From positions 14,293-78,292 of the forward strand of contig JAQBQJ010000219.1 of NCBI GenBank assembly GCA_028287065.1: a DNA stretch of 64,000 nucleotides, read 5' to 3'. The first letter of the stretch is position 1; the number at the start of each line of letters is the position of its first letter. This document shows positions 47,794-56,692 of the stretch, in pieces. The translations under genes were made by a program, and so were the position numbers. Source of the stretch: Labilithrix sp. (GTDB lineage Bacteria; Myxococcota_A; Polyangia; Polyangiales; Polyangiaceae). The notes under the pieces were generated by a model that was not told where the DNA came from, ran no database searches, and was given only the letters and a program-made list of their open reading frames with translations.

Positions 47794-48686
47794 TCGTCAA
47801 AGTGCAAGACGACATGAAGCGCGACCTCATGTTCGGGGTGGCGCCGAAGCGCATCGTGTCGCTCGTGCCTAGCGACACCTACAGCGTCGCGGCGCTGGGC
47901 CTGGGCGATGCGCTCGTCGGTCGAACGGACTACTGCGAGCTCCCTGCCGACGTCGTCGCGAAGGTGCCGAGCGTGGGCGGCACGAAGAATCCAAACGTGG
48001 ACGCGATCTGCGCGCTCGAGCCGGACCTCGTCATCGCGAACCAGGAAGAGAACACGAAGGGCGATCTCGAGATGCTCGCGCAGCGCGGGGTGAAGGTGCT
48101 CGTCGCGTTCCCGAAGCGCGCAGCGGACGGGATCGCGCATCTCGCGCGCCTCGCCAGGATCTTCCGCGTCGAGCGCGAGCCTGCCGTTCGCGAGCTCCTG
48201 AAGCGCGCCTATGAGGTGATCCGCGAGGCGGAGGATGCGCGGTCGAAGCTCGTTCCGCTGCGGACGTTCTGTCCGATCTGGATGGACCCGCTCATGACCA
48301 TCAACGGAGAGACGTTCATCAGCGACATGCTCGATCTCGCGGGCGCGCAGAACGTGTTCGTCGACCGCGAGCGGCGGTATCCGCTCGCCGCGGATCTCCG
48401 AGGAGCGAAGCCGCTCTCGGCGGAGAAGACCGCCGGGCGCGACACGCGCTATCCGCGCGTGACGCTCGACGAGGTCGTCCAGCGCGCGCCGGAGCTCGTG
48501 CTCCTCCCCGACGAGCCGCATCCGTTCAGCGAAACGGACGCAGAGGTCTTCCGCGCCCTCGCGATCCCCGCAGCCTCGCGAGGCGCGGTGATCCGGACGG
48601 GCGGGAAAGACCTCTGCTGGTACGGCGCGCAGACCATCGAGGGTCTGCCGCGCCTTCGCGCGCTCGTGGCGAGCCGCCGGAACTAA
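47790..48686 (+). CDS. Helical-backbone metal/cobalamin-binding protein (BtuF-like)
   Basis: PKRIVSLVPS, LVGRTDYC, VGGTKNP, EPDLVIANQEEN; no signal peptide. Confidence 0.88.
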   Translation: MIVKVQDDMKRDLMFGVAPKRIVSLVPSDTYSVAALGLGDALVGRTDYCELPADVVAKVPSVGGTKNPNVDAICALEPDLVIANQEENTKGDLEMLAQRGVKVLVAFPKRAADGIAHLARLARIFRVEREPAVRELLKRAYEVIREAEDARSKLVPLRTFCPIWMDPLMTINGETFISDMLDLAGAQNVFVDRERRYPLAADLRGAKPLSAEKTAGRDTRYPRVTLDEVVQRAPELVLLPDEPHPFSETDAEVFRALAIPAASRGAVIRTGGKDLCWYGAQTIEGLPRLRALVASRRN

Positions 48687-48743
48687 GGACAGCCGCCGGA
48701 ACTAAGGACGGGTGGTCAGTGGCGAGCCGCCGGAACTAAGGAC
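48666..48743. repeat. Triple direct repeat at convergent gene junction
   Basis: gtggcgagccgccggaactaaggac at 48666-48690 and 48719-48743; 19-bp core also at 48691-48709. Confidence 0.9.
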
Positions 48744-49896
48744 GGACGATGCGGTGGACGACGACCGGGTCGGCGAGCGTGCCGCCCGACGTCTTCGCGC
48801 GGACGACCCACGCGAGGTCCAGGCTCGGGACCGCGATGCCCTGGAACGAGACCGGAGCGCCGAAGCCTGCGTAGGGGGAGAGGACCTGCGCGCCGACGAC
48901 GTCGCCGGCGGACGTGACCGCGAGGTGCGTGCCGTCTGCGAGCTTTGCATGCGAGCTCACCGCGAGGAGACCGGAGCTCGTGAGTAGCTCGGGCATCGGC
49001 GAGGTGCCGCGGTCTACCGCGACGACCACGCCGCCCTTGACCGTGAACGCGCCGAGCGAGTCGTACCAGCTCGCGCCCTTCGTTACCGGATCCCCGGGGC
49101 CTGCCCCGTGGATGAGGACGACGTCGTAGCTCCGCGCGAGCGTCGCCGCGGCCAAGTCGCCGGCGGAGGTGGCGACCGTGAACTCGATGCCTCGCCCGTG
49201 GATTCCGTCGGCGGCGACGGTCTTCGCGGCGGCGACGGCGCTGAAGTCTGCGCCGTCCTCGTACGAAAGCACGCGGATCGGATCGGAGGGCGCGATGGCG
49301 AGAGCGTTGGCGAGCACCTTTGCCTGTGCCGAGCCCGACCAGGCGTTCGTGTAGTCGTGTCCGATGAGGACGACGTCGCCCGGCGTCGCGCCCTGGCATT
49401 CGCCGGCGACGCAGATGTTCGAGCGGCAGACCCTTCCGCACGAGCCGCAGTTCAGCGGGTCGCTGTCGACCGGGATGCACGCGTCGTTGCACGCCACGAG
49501 CGGCGCATCACAGACGAGCGGAGGCGGCGGAGGCGGAGGGGGAGGCGGCGGCGGCGGCGGGAATTCGAACTCGTGCTCCGGATTGATCTCGACCGGCGAG
49601 ATCGGATCGGGATGATTCGCGTTCGGATCGATGACGAAGGGGTCGTGGTTCACGCCGCCGATCGGGCGACCCGGCATGAGCGGCGCGCGCGCCGTGCCGC
49701 TGCCGAAGGTGCCCGCGGGCGGATCCGTCGGGTCGACGAGCGTGATCCCCGGCGAGGGCGCGACGCACGTGTCGTCGACGAGGTCCATGCCGTCGCGGCA
49801 GCGACCGCCGACGACCGAGCTCTCCATGCCGCAACCGGCCATGACGGAAGAGAGAGCGAACAGCGTGTAGAGTGCACTTGAATGAATCGATTTCAC
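48736..49896 (-). CDS. Secreted/lipoprotein with poly-Pro linker and myxobacterial Cys-rich motif
   Basis: MAGC; poly-P; DPLNCGSCGRVC; GTGA coupling with ompA-like gene. Confidence 0.78.
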   Translation of the reverse strand: MKSIHSSALYTLFALSSVMAGCGMESSVVGGRCRDGMDLVDDTCVAPSPGITLVDPTDPPAGTFGSGTARAPLMPGRPIGGVNHDPFVIDPNANHPDPISPVEINPEHEFEFPPPPPPPPPPPPPPLVCDAPLVACNDACIPVDSDPLNCGSCGRVCRSNICVAGECQGATPGDVVLIGHDYTNAWSGSAQAKVLANALAIAPSDPIRVLSYEDGADFSAVAAAKTVAADGIHGRGIEFTVATSAGDLAAATLARSYDVVLIHGAGPGDPVTKGASWYDSLGAFTVKGGVVVAVDRGTSPMPELLTSSGLLAVSSHAKLADGTHLAVTSAGDVVGAQVLSPYAGFGAPVSFQGIAVPSLDLAWVVRAKTSGGTLADPVVVHRIVRP

Positions 49897-51017
49897 GGCC
49901 GACCTCGTTTACCGGATGCAACGCGGGGAGAACTGGAAGGGGCAGGAGGAGGTCCTGCGGCCTCGCGGGAGCGCAGCACGACGAACTCGACGCGCCGGTT
50001 CCGCGGATCTGCGAGCGGCGTGGCGACCTTGAGGTGCGACTTGCCGTAACCGACGGCGATGAGACGCGACTCGTCGACGCCGAAGCTCACGAGCATCTCG
50101 CGCGTGCTCTCGGCGCGCTGCTCCGAGAGGTGCTGGTTGTACTCCTCGGTGCCGCGCGCGTCGGCATGACCCTCGATGCTGATCTCGAGGATGCTCGGGG
50201 TCTCCGCGATGAGCTGCGCGACCTTCCGAACGAGCGTCGTGCTCTGGCGGCGGATCTTCGGGCTGTTGAACTCGAAGTGGATGACGTCCTCGAGCACGAT
50301 GCGGTCTCCGACGATCTTCACCTCGGGCGTGGGGCAGCCCTCGGGCGCATTTCCGTCCTCGTCGAGGGCCGGGCAGATGTCCTGGACCGTGACGATGCCG
50401 TCGCTGTCCCGCACGACCGGCTCGGGCTTCTCCCCGAGGCTCGGCGGCTGAACGGCGCGCGGCTTCTCGCTCGCGCCCATGCTCACCTGGAGACCGGCCC
50501 ACGCGATGTGCGCGTCGTCCGGACGGAAGGCGATGTCGGACTGCATGATCTGCGTGAAGCCGACGAACGGACCGACGTCCCAGCGCGTCTTCTCCGCGAC
50601 GCGGAAGTCCCAGCCGACGTGCGCGTCGACGGCGACGCGTCCTTCGCTGCCCGTCTGCGCGAGACCGCCGTTCGCGTCGACCCACGGACCGCCGACGCGC
50701 GATGCGCCGAGCGGACGGTAGCGGACGCCGACGGTTCCCATGAACGCGCTGCCGGTCGATTGCTTGGCGACGTTCGGGTCGCTCGGCGCAGAGCCGGCGG
50801 CGAGCACGAGGGCTCCGCCGCTCGCCTGCACGCCGAACACGTTGCCGACGGCGAGCTCGACCGTCGCCGAGCCTCCTCCGCCTGCGCCGAACTCGCGCTG
50901 CTGGGTACCACCGACGGCGTGAGCCGCTCCGGCAGTGACGTGGACACGGGCTTCGTCGGCGATGGCAGGCTCGGCCCAGGAGAGCGCTGCCAGGAAGATG
51001 GCTGTTTGTTTCCTCAC
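49893..51017 (-). CDS. OmpA-family protein (beta-barrel plus OmpA C-terminal domain)
   Basis: IHFEFNS, IEGHAD, NQHLSEQRA, GYGKS, NRRVEF. Confidence 0.92.
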   Translation of the reverse strand: MRKQTAIFLAALSWAEPAIADEARVHVTAGAAHAVGGTQQREFGAGGGGSATVELAVGNVFGVQASGGALVLAAGSAPSDPNVAKQSTGSAFMGTVGVRYRPLGASRVGGPWVDANGGLAQTGSEGRVAVDAHVGWDFRVAEKTRWDVGPFVGFTQIMQSDIAFRPDDAHIAWAGLQVSMGASEKPRAVQPPSLGEKPEPVVRDSDGIVTVQDICPALDEDGNAPEGCPTPEVKIVGDRIVLEDVIHFEFNSPKIRRQSTTLVRKVAQLIAETPSILEISIEGHADARGTEEYNQHLSEQRAESTREMLVSFGVDESRLIAVGYGKSHLKVATPLADPRNRRVEFVVLRSREAAGPPPAPSSSPRVASGKRGRP

Positions 51018-51113
51018 GCCTGATTGAAACGGGCGGTGGCGGAGGGTCTTAAGGGCCCCACCTCGCCGAGGGCGTTTTTCCGGTGTGCGGGCCTTCCGGC
51101 GATGTGGGCGAGA

Positions 51114-51698
51114 TCAGCCCGTGGCGCGCGGATCGGTCACGAGCAGCGCGAAAACGGCGTGATCGAGCCACCGGCCGTTGCAGCGCTCGGCCTGGCGCGC
51201 GATGCCTTCGAAGCGGAACCCCAGCCGGCGGATGACGCCGAGCGATGCGTGATTGTCGGTCGCGGCGGCGACACGCACGCGATGCGCATTCACGGGTCCG
51301 AAGGCCCAGTCGAGCACCGCTCGCCCCGCCTCGGTCATGAGCCCGCGGCCCGACGCGTCGATGCGCAGCCAGTAGCCGAGCTCGACGCTCTCGTGAAGGT
51401 GCGCGAAGGCCTCGAGGCCGATCACGCCGATGAAGCGCTTGTTCGTGCGATCGCGGATCGAGAAGCGACACGCGCGCGCGGCGTCCCAGTCCGCGGCGCT
51501 CGCCTCGGAGTAGCGGCCGCTCGCCTCGAGGTCCGTGTTGAACGGCACCCACGGGAGCCACGGCTCGAGATGCGCGCGCGAGCTCTCGACGGCGTTCCAA
51601 AGATCGCGCGAGTCGGTCGCGTCGAGCGGGTGGAGCAGCAGACGCGCGGTCTCGACCGGACGCGATCGGATCTCGGAGCGGGGCGGAACCGCGAGCAC
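51114..51698 (-). CDS. GNAT N-acetyltransferase (RimJ/RimL family)
   Basis: HLEPWLPW, ELGYWL, GRGLMTEA, NHASLGVIRRLGFRFEG. Confidence 0.92.
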   Translation of the reverse strand: MLAVPPRSEIRSRPVETARLLLHPLDATDSRDLWNAVESSRAHLEPWLPWVPFNTDLEASGRYSEASAADWDAARACRFSIRDRTNKRFIGVIGLEAFAHLHESVELGYWLRIDASGRGLMTEAGRAVLDWAFGPVNAHRVRVAAATDNHASLGVIRRLGFRFEGIARQAERCNGRWLDHAVFALLVTDPRATG

Positions 51699-51735
51699 AG
51701 GGAGAGAGTAACCGACCGCAAAACAGCCGCGCAGA

Positions 51736-52000
51736 ATTCTCGTTCCTCGAATCGTGCGCGGCGATTTGCTCTTACCCTAGTGGGGACTTCGTCCCCCTCA
51801 TCGCTTCGCTCTGAGCCTCCCCGACTCGCCTTTCGGCGAACCGTGCTTTGCACGGCCGAGACACTTCGCTCCGGTCTCGTTTCGTGCGCAGCACGATTCG
51901 CCGCAGGCGAAGGGGGAGGATCGTCGCGTAGCGACGAGGGGGCCTCCGGCCCCACTTGGGTGGAAGCTAAAGGCCCGAGCCCGATTCGAGGTACGAGAAT
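51736..52000. repeat. 265-bp nested palindromic element (REP/MITE-like or structured RNA)
   Basis: Outer IR 51736-51754 / 51982-52000 (18/19 match); several further nested arms. Confidence 0.8.
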
Positions 52001-52013
52001 CGCGCTCGCGCCT

Positions 52014-52376
52014 TTAGCGCGGCTCGGGCACCTCGGGATACGCCGCGACCAGCGACTTCGCGGGGCGATCGACGCGCTCGACGGGGCTCGTGACGAGGTC
52101 GCGCCCGTCCGCCGCGAAGTACAGGGCCTCGCCGGGCTGCGGTTCGCCGGCGTTCGGCACGATCGCACCGTTGCCGAAGAACTTCAGGCCGCCGTGGAGG
52201 CGGCGCCGCACCGCGAGATGACCCTGGAGGAAGTCGCCCGTCCGACGATCCCGGACCGCGATGCAGAAGCCGTCACGGAAGTGATACTCCGTGTTCCGGG
52301 TGACGTAGACGCGGTGCCTCCGTCGCTCGGGGGTGCGCGTGATTTCCTGGACCTGCGTGCGTGCTGCCTCGCCCAT
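52014..52376 (-). CDS. Hypothetical protein
   Basis: 120 aa with typical codon usage; VYVTRNTEYHF...CIAVRDRRTG. Confidence 0.72.
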   Translation of the reverse strand: MGEAARTQVQEITRTPERRRHRVYVTRNTEYHFRDGFCIAVRDRRTGDFLQGHLAVRRRLHGGLKFFGNGAIVPNAGEPQPGEALYFAADGRDLVTSPVERVDRPAKSLVAAYPEVPEPR

Positions 52377-52440
52377 GGCGCCGAGGATGTGCGATGGCCT
52401 CCGGGGCGGCCAAATTTCCGGCGCGCGAGGGCTGAAAGCC

Positions 52441-53136
52441 TCAGGGCTTCATCGTCGCCGGGTCGATCGGGACGTTGATCTGCGCGTTCGAGAAGGTGAT
52501 CTCGACGGCGTCGCTCTTGCCCTCGACGAGCTTCGCCTTCACGGGCAGCACGAGGGTCTTGTCGAGGACGAGGGTGAACGCGCGGACGCTCGCCGTCTTG
52601 TCCTTCGCGGTGCCGGCGATCTCGACGTCGTTCGGACCTCGCGAGCCGCTGAGCACGTAGCGCTCGCGCAGCGACCCGAGATCGCCGCCCAAGAGCGCGC
52701 GCAGGTCGGCGAGCGCCTTTGCGATGTTCGCGCTGCTCGCCGGCACCGTCGCATGCGACGAGCGCGTTCGGTACGACAGGCCCTCGGGCCCGATCAGGTA
52801 GACGACGTCGTCCGGCGGCGCGAGCTCCCAGCGGAGGCGTTCCGGCGCGACGAAGGCGAGCTCGCCGGTCGACTTCACCGTCGTCGCGAGCAGCGTCAGC
52901 TTCCGCTCTTGCGTGAAGTTTGCACGCATCGTCCGCACGCCCTTGCGTGCCTTCGCGATCTCGGCGAGCAGCGGATCGACCTTCGCGCCCTCGAGCCGCT
53001 CGCGGCCGTCCGAAGGTGCAGAAGGCGCAGAAGGCGCAGCGGGAGCAGGCCCGGCATCCGGAGCGTCCGCATGCGCGCGAGGCGCGAACGACGCGAGCGC
53101 GACCATAACGAAGAGCCATGCGCCGCGCGGCTTCAC
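52441..53136 (-). CDS. LolA-like outer-membrane lipoprotein carrier
   Basis: Signal peptide; ANFTQERKL, STGELAFVAPERLRWEL; GTGA overlap with GGAGG RBS. Confidence 0.85.
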   Translation of the reverse strand: MKPRGAWLFVMVALASFAPRAHADAPDAGPAPAAPSAPSAPSDGRERLEGAKVDPLLAEIAKARKGVRTMRANFTQERKLTLLATTVKSTGELAFVAPERLRWELAPPDDVVYLIGPEGLSYRTRSSHATVPASSANIAKALADLRALLGGDLGSLRERYVLSGSRGPNDVEIAGTAKDKTASVRAFTLVLDKTLVLPVKAKLVEGKSDAVEITFSNAQINVPIDPATMKP

Positions 53137-54614
53137 TTCGGACCTCCGTGCTTCGGCGGGCGTGCGCCCGGGCCCATGAGCGGCCCTCCCGCGCGCTCGC
53201 GGCCCTCGGCATAGCGTCCGTCGGACAGCACCGCGTCGGCGGGGATCGTTTCGAGCTCGATCGTCGGCACCATGCCCTCCTTCGTAGAGACGATGGTCCC
53301 GAGGTCGATCTTCACGAAACGTCCGGAAAGATGCGGCCCTTCCGACACCCACGCGGCTTTTTCCGTGAGATCGAACACGACCCCATGCGTGGCGATGAAG
53401 GCGTCGAGCGCTCGGCGATCGCCGAGCGGGCAGCTCTCGCCGCCGGCACAGCCGTGGTCGCGGAGCATCGCGACGGCGCGTCCGACGTCTGCCGAGTGCG
53501 GGGCCACTGCCGACACGAGCTCCTCGACACGCGCGCGGCGCGGGAGCGTGGTGGTGGTCTCGCGGACGCGGACGTCGCGCGCGTCTCCGCCGAGCGGGCC
53601 TTCGAAGTGGTTCGTCACCGCGATCCGCGAGGGGTCCTTGCTCTCGCGCACGTACGCCGGCATGCCCGGCGCCCGCTCGACGACGACGAAGTGCCCCTTC
53701 GCGTCGCCGACGAAGGTGAGGTGCGAGACCATGACCTCCTGGCGCGACAAGATCGCGATCGCCTCGTTCGTATCGTGCGCCTGCTCGAGGGTCTCGCGGA
53801 GCGAGAAGGCGACGGGCATCCCGGTGGTGCTCGGCTCGCGCGCGCGACCGCCGTTGACCGCGACGGCGACGCCCTCGGCGTTCATCCCGGTGACGACGCC
53901 GACGAGGCCCGGCCACGCGACGCTCGCGAACGGGATCTTGCCGTCCTCGCGTACGACGAAGACGGCCTTGTCGCGATCGAACACGTCGGCCGCCTCGAAG
54001 TCGAACGCGCGAGCGAACAGAGCGTGCCCGTTCGAGGTGGCCTCCGGACCGAGGCCGAACGCCGTGCACCCGAGGAGCGGAGAGTGCTCGAAGCTGAGCG
54101 CGATGTCGTAGAGCGCATGGAGGAAGACCATGCGCGGATACGTGGGCATGTGCGATTCGAACGGGTCCGGCGTGAAGGCGCGTGCCTCGGCCGCGACCTC
54201 GCGTCGTCGTGCCTCGGGGAAGCCCGAGTCGACGTGGCGGTAGCGATAGCGGCCGGCATCGAAGAGGAGCACGCGCGCCGGCGCGAACGGCACGACGTCG
54301 CGGAAGCCGTCCCATACGATCTCTTCGTTCGCGATCATGCGGTCACGGAGCAGCGTCGTATGCTCGGTCCCGATCTCCTCCGGCGTGCCGGCGAGATGAG
54401 CGATGCGAACGCCGCGCACCGTCGACCAGCCTCGGCCGGCGTGCCTCACGCCGTCCGTCTCGACGAGAGACAGGCTCACGGGCGCGAGCGCCGGCGGCTC
54501 GAGGCGCGTGACGCGATCGACCACGACATGCGCCACGAGCGGCGCCGCCACGAGCACGCCGAGAGCGACGAGCTTCTTCTTGTGACGGCGGGCAAACGGA
54601 GCGCGGGGAGACAT
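53133..54614 (-). CDS. C45-family autoproteolytic acyltransferase/hydrolase (Ntn fold)
   Basis: LLG|CTAFG, FARAFDF, VTGMNAEG, VTNHF; N-terminal TM. Confidence 0.85.
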   Translation of the reverse strand: MSPRAPFARRHKKKLVALGVLVAAPLVAHVVVDRVTRLEPPALAPVSLSLVETDGVRHAGRGWSTVRGVRIAHLAGTPEEIGTEHTTLLRDRMIANEEIVWDGFRDVVPFAPARVLLFDAGRYRYRHVDSGFPEARRREVAAEARAFTPDPFESHMPTYPRMVFLHALYDIALSFEHSPLLGCTAFGLGPEATSNGHALFARAFDFEAADVFDRDKAVFVVREDGKIPFASVAWPGLVGVVTGMNAEGVAVAVNGGRAREPSTTGMPVAFSLRETLEQAHDTNEAIAILSRQEVMVSHLTFVGDAKGHFVVVERAPGMPAYVRESKDPSRIAVTNHFEGPLGGDARDVRVRETTTTLPRRARVEELVSAVAPHSADVGRAVAMLRDHGCAGGESCPLGDRRALDAFIATHGVVFDLTEKAAWVSEGPHLSGRFVKIDLGTIVSTKEGMVPTIELETIPADAVLSDGRYAEGRERAGGPLMGPGARPPKHGGPK

Positions 54615-55363
54615 CAGCTGCTCGTGAGGCCGAAGCGTTTGTCGCGAAGCGCGACCACGACGGTGCGCACGATGCGCCAGGGATCTCTCACGACGTGGAA
54701 GTGAGTGACGCGATCCTCCGGGTAGAGGACGCGGATGGGCTCCTCGACGATGGGGACGCCGGCCCAGATCGCGCGGAGCAGGACCTCGGCCTCGAAGTCG
54801 TAGCCCTCGCCGCGGGGCGCGAGGCGGAGCGTCTGCGCGATCGGATAACGGCGGAGGCCGCACTGCGTGTCGCGGAGCGCGCGTCCGGCGAAGCGCGAGA
54901 TGAAGAAGTTCGAGATCTCGTTCGACATCTGGTTCTTGCGCGGCGCGCCTGCGCTCGCGAGCGCACGGATCCCGAGCACGAACGCGTCGGCATTGCGGTC
55001 GGCGAGCAGGACGCGCTTCGCCTCTTCCGCGGGATGCTGGCCGTCGGCGTCGACGGTGACCGCGACATCGTGACCGCGGGCTCGCGCCGTCGCGAGCCCG
55101 GTCACGAGCGCGGCGCCCTTGCCGCGGTTTTTGCCGTGCGAGACGAGGTGGCATCCCGCACGCACGGCGACCGCGGCCGTACCGTCGGTCGAGCCGTCGT
55201 CGACGACGAAGATCTCGTTCGCGAGCGCAGGAATCGCGGCGCGAAGATCGGCGATGACCCCGGGCAGCGTCTTCTCCGCCTCGTACGCCGGCACGATGAT
55301 GCAGGCGCGGTGGAGCCACGGCGGACGCGCGGACGCGACGGGAACCACGGTGGGGTCGATCAT
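54614..55363 (-). CDS. Glycosyltransferase family 2
   Basis: VPAYE, VVDDGSTD, NRGKGAA, VDADGQH, DTQCGLR. Confidence 0.92.
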   Translation of the reverse strand: MIDPTVVPVASARPPWLHRACIIVPAYEAEKTLPGVIADLRAAIPALANEIFVVDDGSTDGTAAVAVRAGCHLVSHGKNRGKGAALVTGLATARARGHDVAVTVDADGQHPAEEAKRVLLADRNADAFVLGIRALASAGAPRKNQMSNEISNFFISRFAGRALRDTQCGLRRYPIAQTLRLAPRGEGYDFEAEVLLRAIWAGVPIVEEPIRVLYPEDRVTHFHVVRDPWRIVRTVVVALRDKRFGLTSS

Positions 55364-55417
55364 CGGGCGGAATGTTGCACGTTGACCGGCAGGGGCGCAA
55401 AGGCTACGGCGCGGCGC

Positions 55418-55975
55418 GTGGCGATCGCATTGAGCATCGAGGAAGGCCCGCACGAAGGTCTAGCGCGCCCCGAGATCTTGCGTCGGGTGAGAGCGATGAT
55501 CCGGCTTCTTCAATTGAACAAAGCCGAAGTTTCATTCGTTCTAACTGACGACAAACGCATCCATCAATTGAACAAACTCTATCGTGGAAAGGATCGTCCC
55601 ACGGACGTGCTCGCGTTCGCGATGCACGAGGGTGAGTTCGGCGCGCTCGCCGGGCATGTTCTCGGCGACGTCATCGTCAGCGTTCCCACTGCGAGGAAGC
55701 AGGCCCAATCGCGCCGCACCCCGGTCCTCGACGAGGTCACCATGCTCCTCGCGCATGGCCTCCTCCACTTGCTCGGCTGGGACCACGACACGGTCGCCAA
55801 GGACCGCCGCATGCGGGCAGAGACCGCCCGCCTCTGCGCCGCCGCGGCACCCGTTGTCGCGCCGGCCAACGCGCGTCCCTCTTCTAGGAGCAGCCGCTCA
55901 AAGGCAGCAGCCGATCGGGTTCTCTCGCGGAACCCTTCCGGAAGTCGGCGCCCGCGGCGCGGGAAAGTTCAATGA
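55418..55975 (+). CDS. ybeY: rRNA maturation endoribonuclease YbeY
   Basis: YRGKDRPTDVLAF, LGDVIVS, HGLLHLLGWDH. Confidence 0.93.
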   Translation: MAIALSIEEGPHEGLARPEILRRVRAMIRLLQLNKAEVSFVLTDDKRIHQLNKLYRGKDRPTDVLAFAMHEGEFGALAGHVLGDVIVSVPTARKQAQSRRTPVLDEVTMLLAHGLLHLLGWDHDTVAKDRRMRAETARLCAAAAPVVAPANARPSSRSSRSKAAADRVLSRNPSGSRRPRRGKVQ

Positions 55976-56141
55976 CGTAGAGCGGTCAAGGCTCGCCTCT
56001 GAGGGAAATGATGTGGGTCCATGACCCTTGTTGGCCCTGCGTCATGCGCACGAAAACGCGTCTTACCCCCGTTTTTCCCTTGCGGGGATGGAACTGGCGA
56101 TGTTAACCATGTGGCCGTGAAGCGGTTTCGAGCCTGAAAAT

Positions 56142-56260
56142 TCGGGTCCGCGACACAGGGTGCTCGAGCTCCCCGCCCCCTCAGAGCGATTTTCGTTCCG
56201 AAGTAGGCGAATGGACTTCAGGACCAAGCGACAATTGATGTCGCGGATCCCGACAGGAGG
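56142..56260 (+). promoter_or_regulatory. Structured 5' leader and RBS of the HU gene
   Basis: tcgggtccgcgaca (56142-56155) pairs with tgtcgcggatcccga (56239-56253), immediately before CAGGAGG. Confidence 0.5.
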
Positions 56261-56268
56261 AATCGCAT

Positions 56269-56583
56269 ATGGCTGCTGCAAAGCGCATGACCAAGGCTCA
56301 GGTTATCTCGGACATTGCTCAGTACTCTGAGCTCGACAAGAAGAGCGTCGGGAAGGTCTTTGAGGGACTGACCGATCTGATCAAGAAGCAGCTTGGCCCG
56401 CGCGGTCCCGGCGAGTTCGTGATCCCCGGCCTCCTCAAGCTCAAGACCGTCAAGAAGAAGGCGATCCCGGCGGGCGAGCGTCGCAACCCGTTCACGGGCC
56501 AGATGCAGCACTTCCCCGCGAAGCCGGCCTCGAAGAAGGTCCGCGCGACCGCCCTCAAGGCGCTCAAGGATCTCATCCAGTGA
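56269..56583 (+). CDS. HU-family DNA-binding protein
   Basis: MTKAQVI, FVIPGLLKL, RRNPFTG, PAKPASKKV; AGGAGG RBS. Confidence 0.92.
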   Translation: MAAAKRMTKAQVISDIAQYSELDKKSVGKVFEGLTDLIKKQLGPRGPGEFVIPGLLKLKTVKKKAIPAGERRNPFTGQMQHFPAKPASKKVRATALKALKDLIQ

Positions 56584-56649
56584 GCGGCTCTCGTTAGCGC
56601 GAGCGAGACGCTCCTTTCCCGGAGCACGTCCCGCCCCGCTAGCTCGGCT

Positions 56650-56692
56650 CGGGCGCCCTTCCTTCGGGAGGCGGCGCCCGCGCCGTTTAAAA
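56650..56692 (+). terminator. Putative hairpin terminator after HU
   Basis: cgggcgcc..ttcc-TTCG-ggag..ggcgcccg stem followed by only a short T run; weak. Confidence 0.4.

Noticed and set aside
48666-48743. Possible mini-CRISPR
   Set aside because: Gaps between copies are 0 and about 9-15 bp, repeats include gene ends, and there are no cas genes.
51736-52000. tRNA or tmRNA call
   Set aside because: No cloverleaf, TΨC arm or CCA end found; kept only as a palindromic element.
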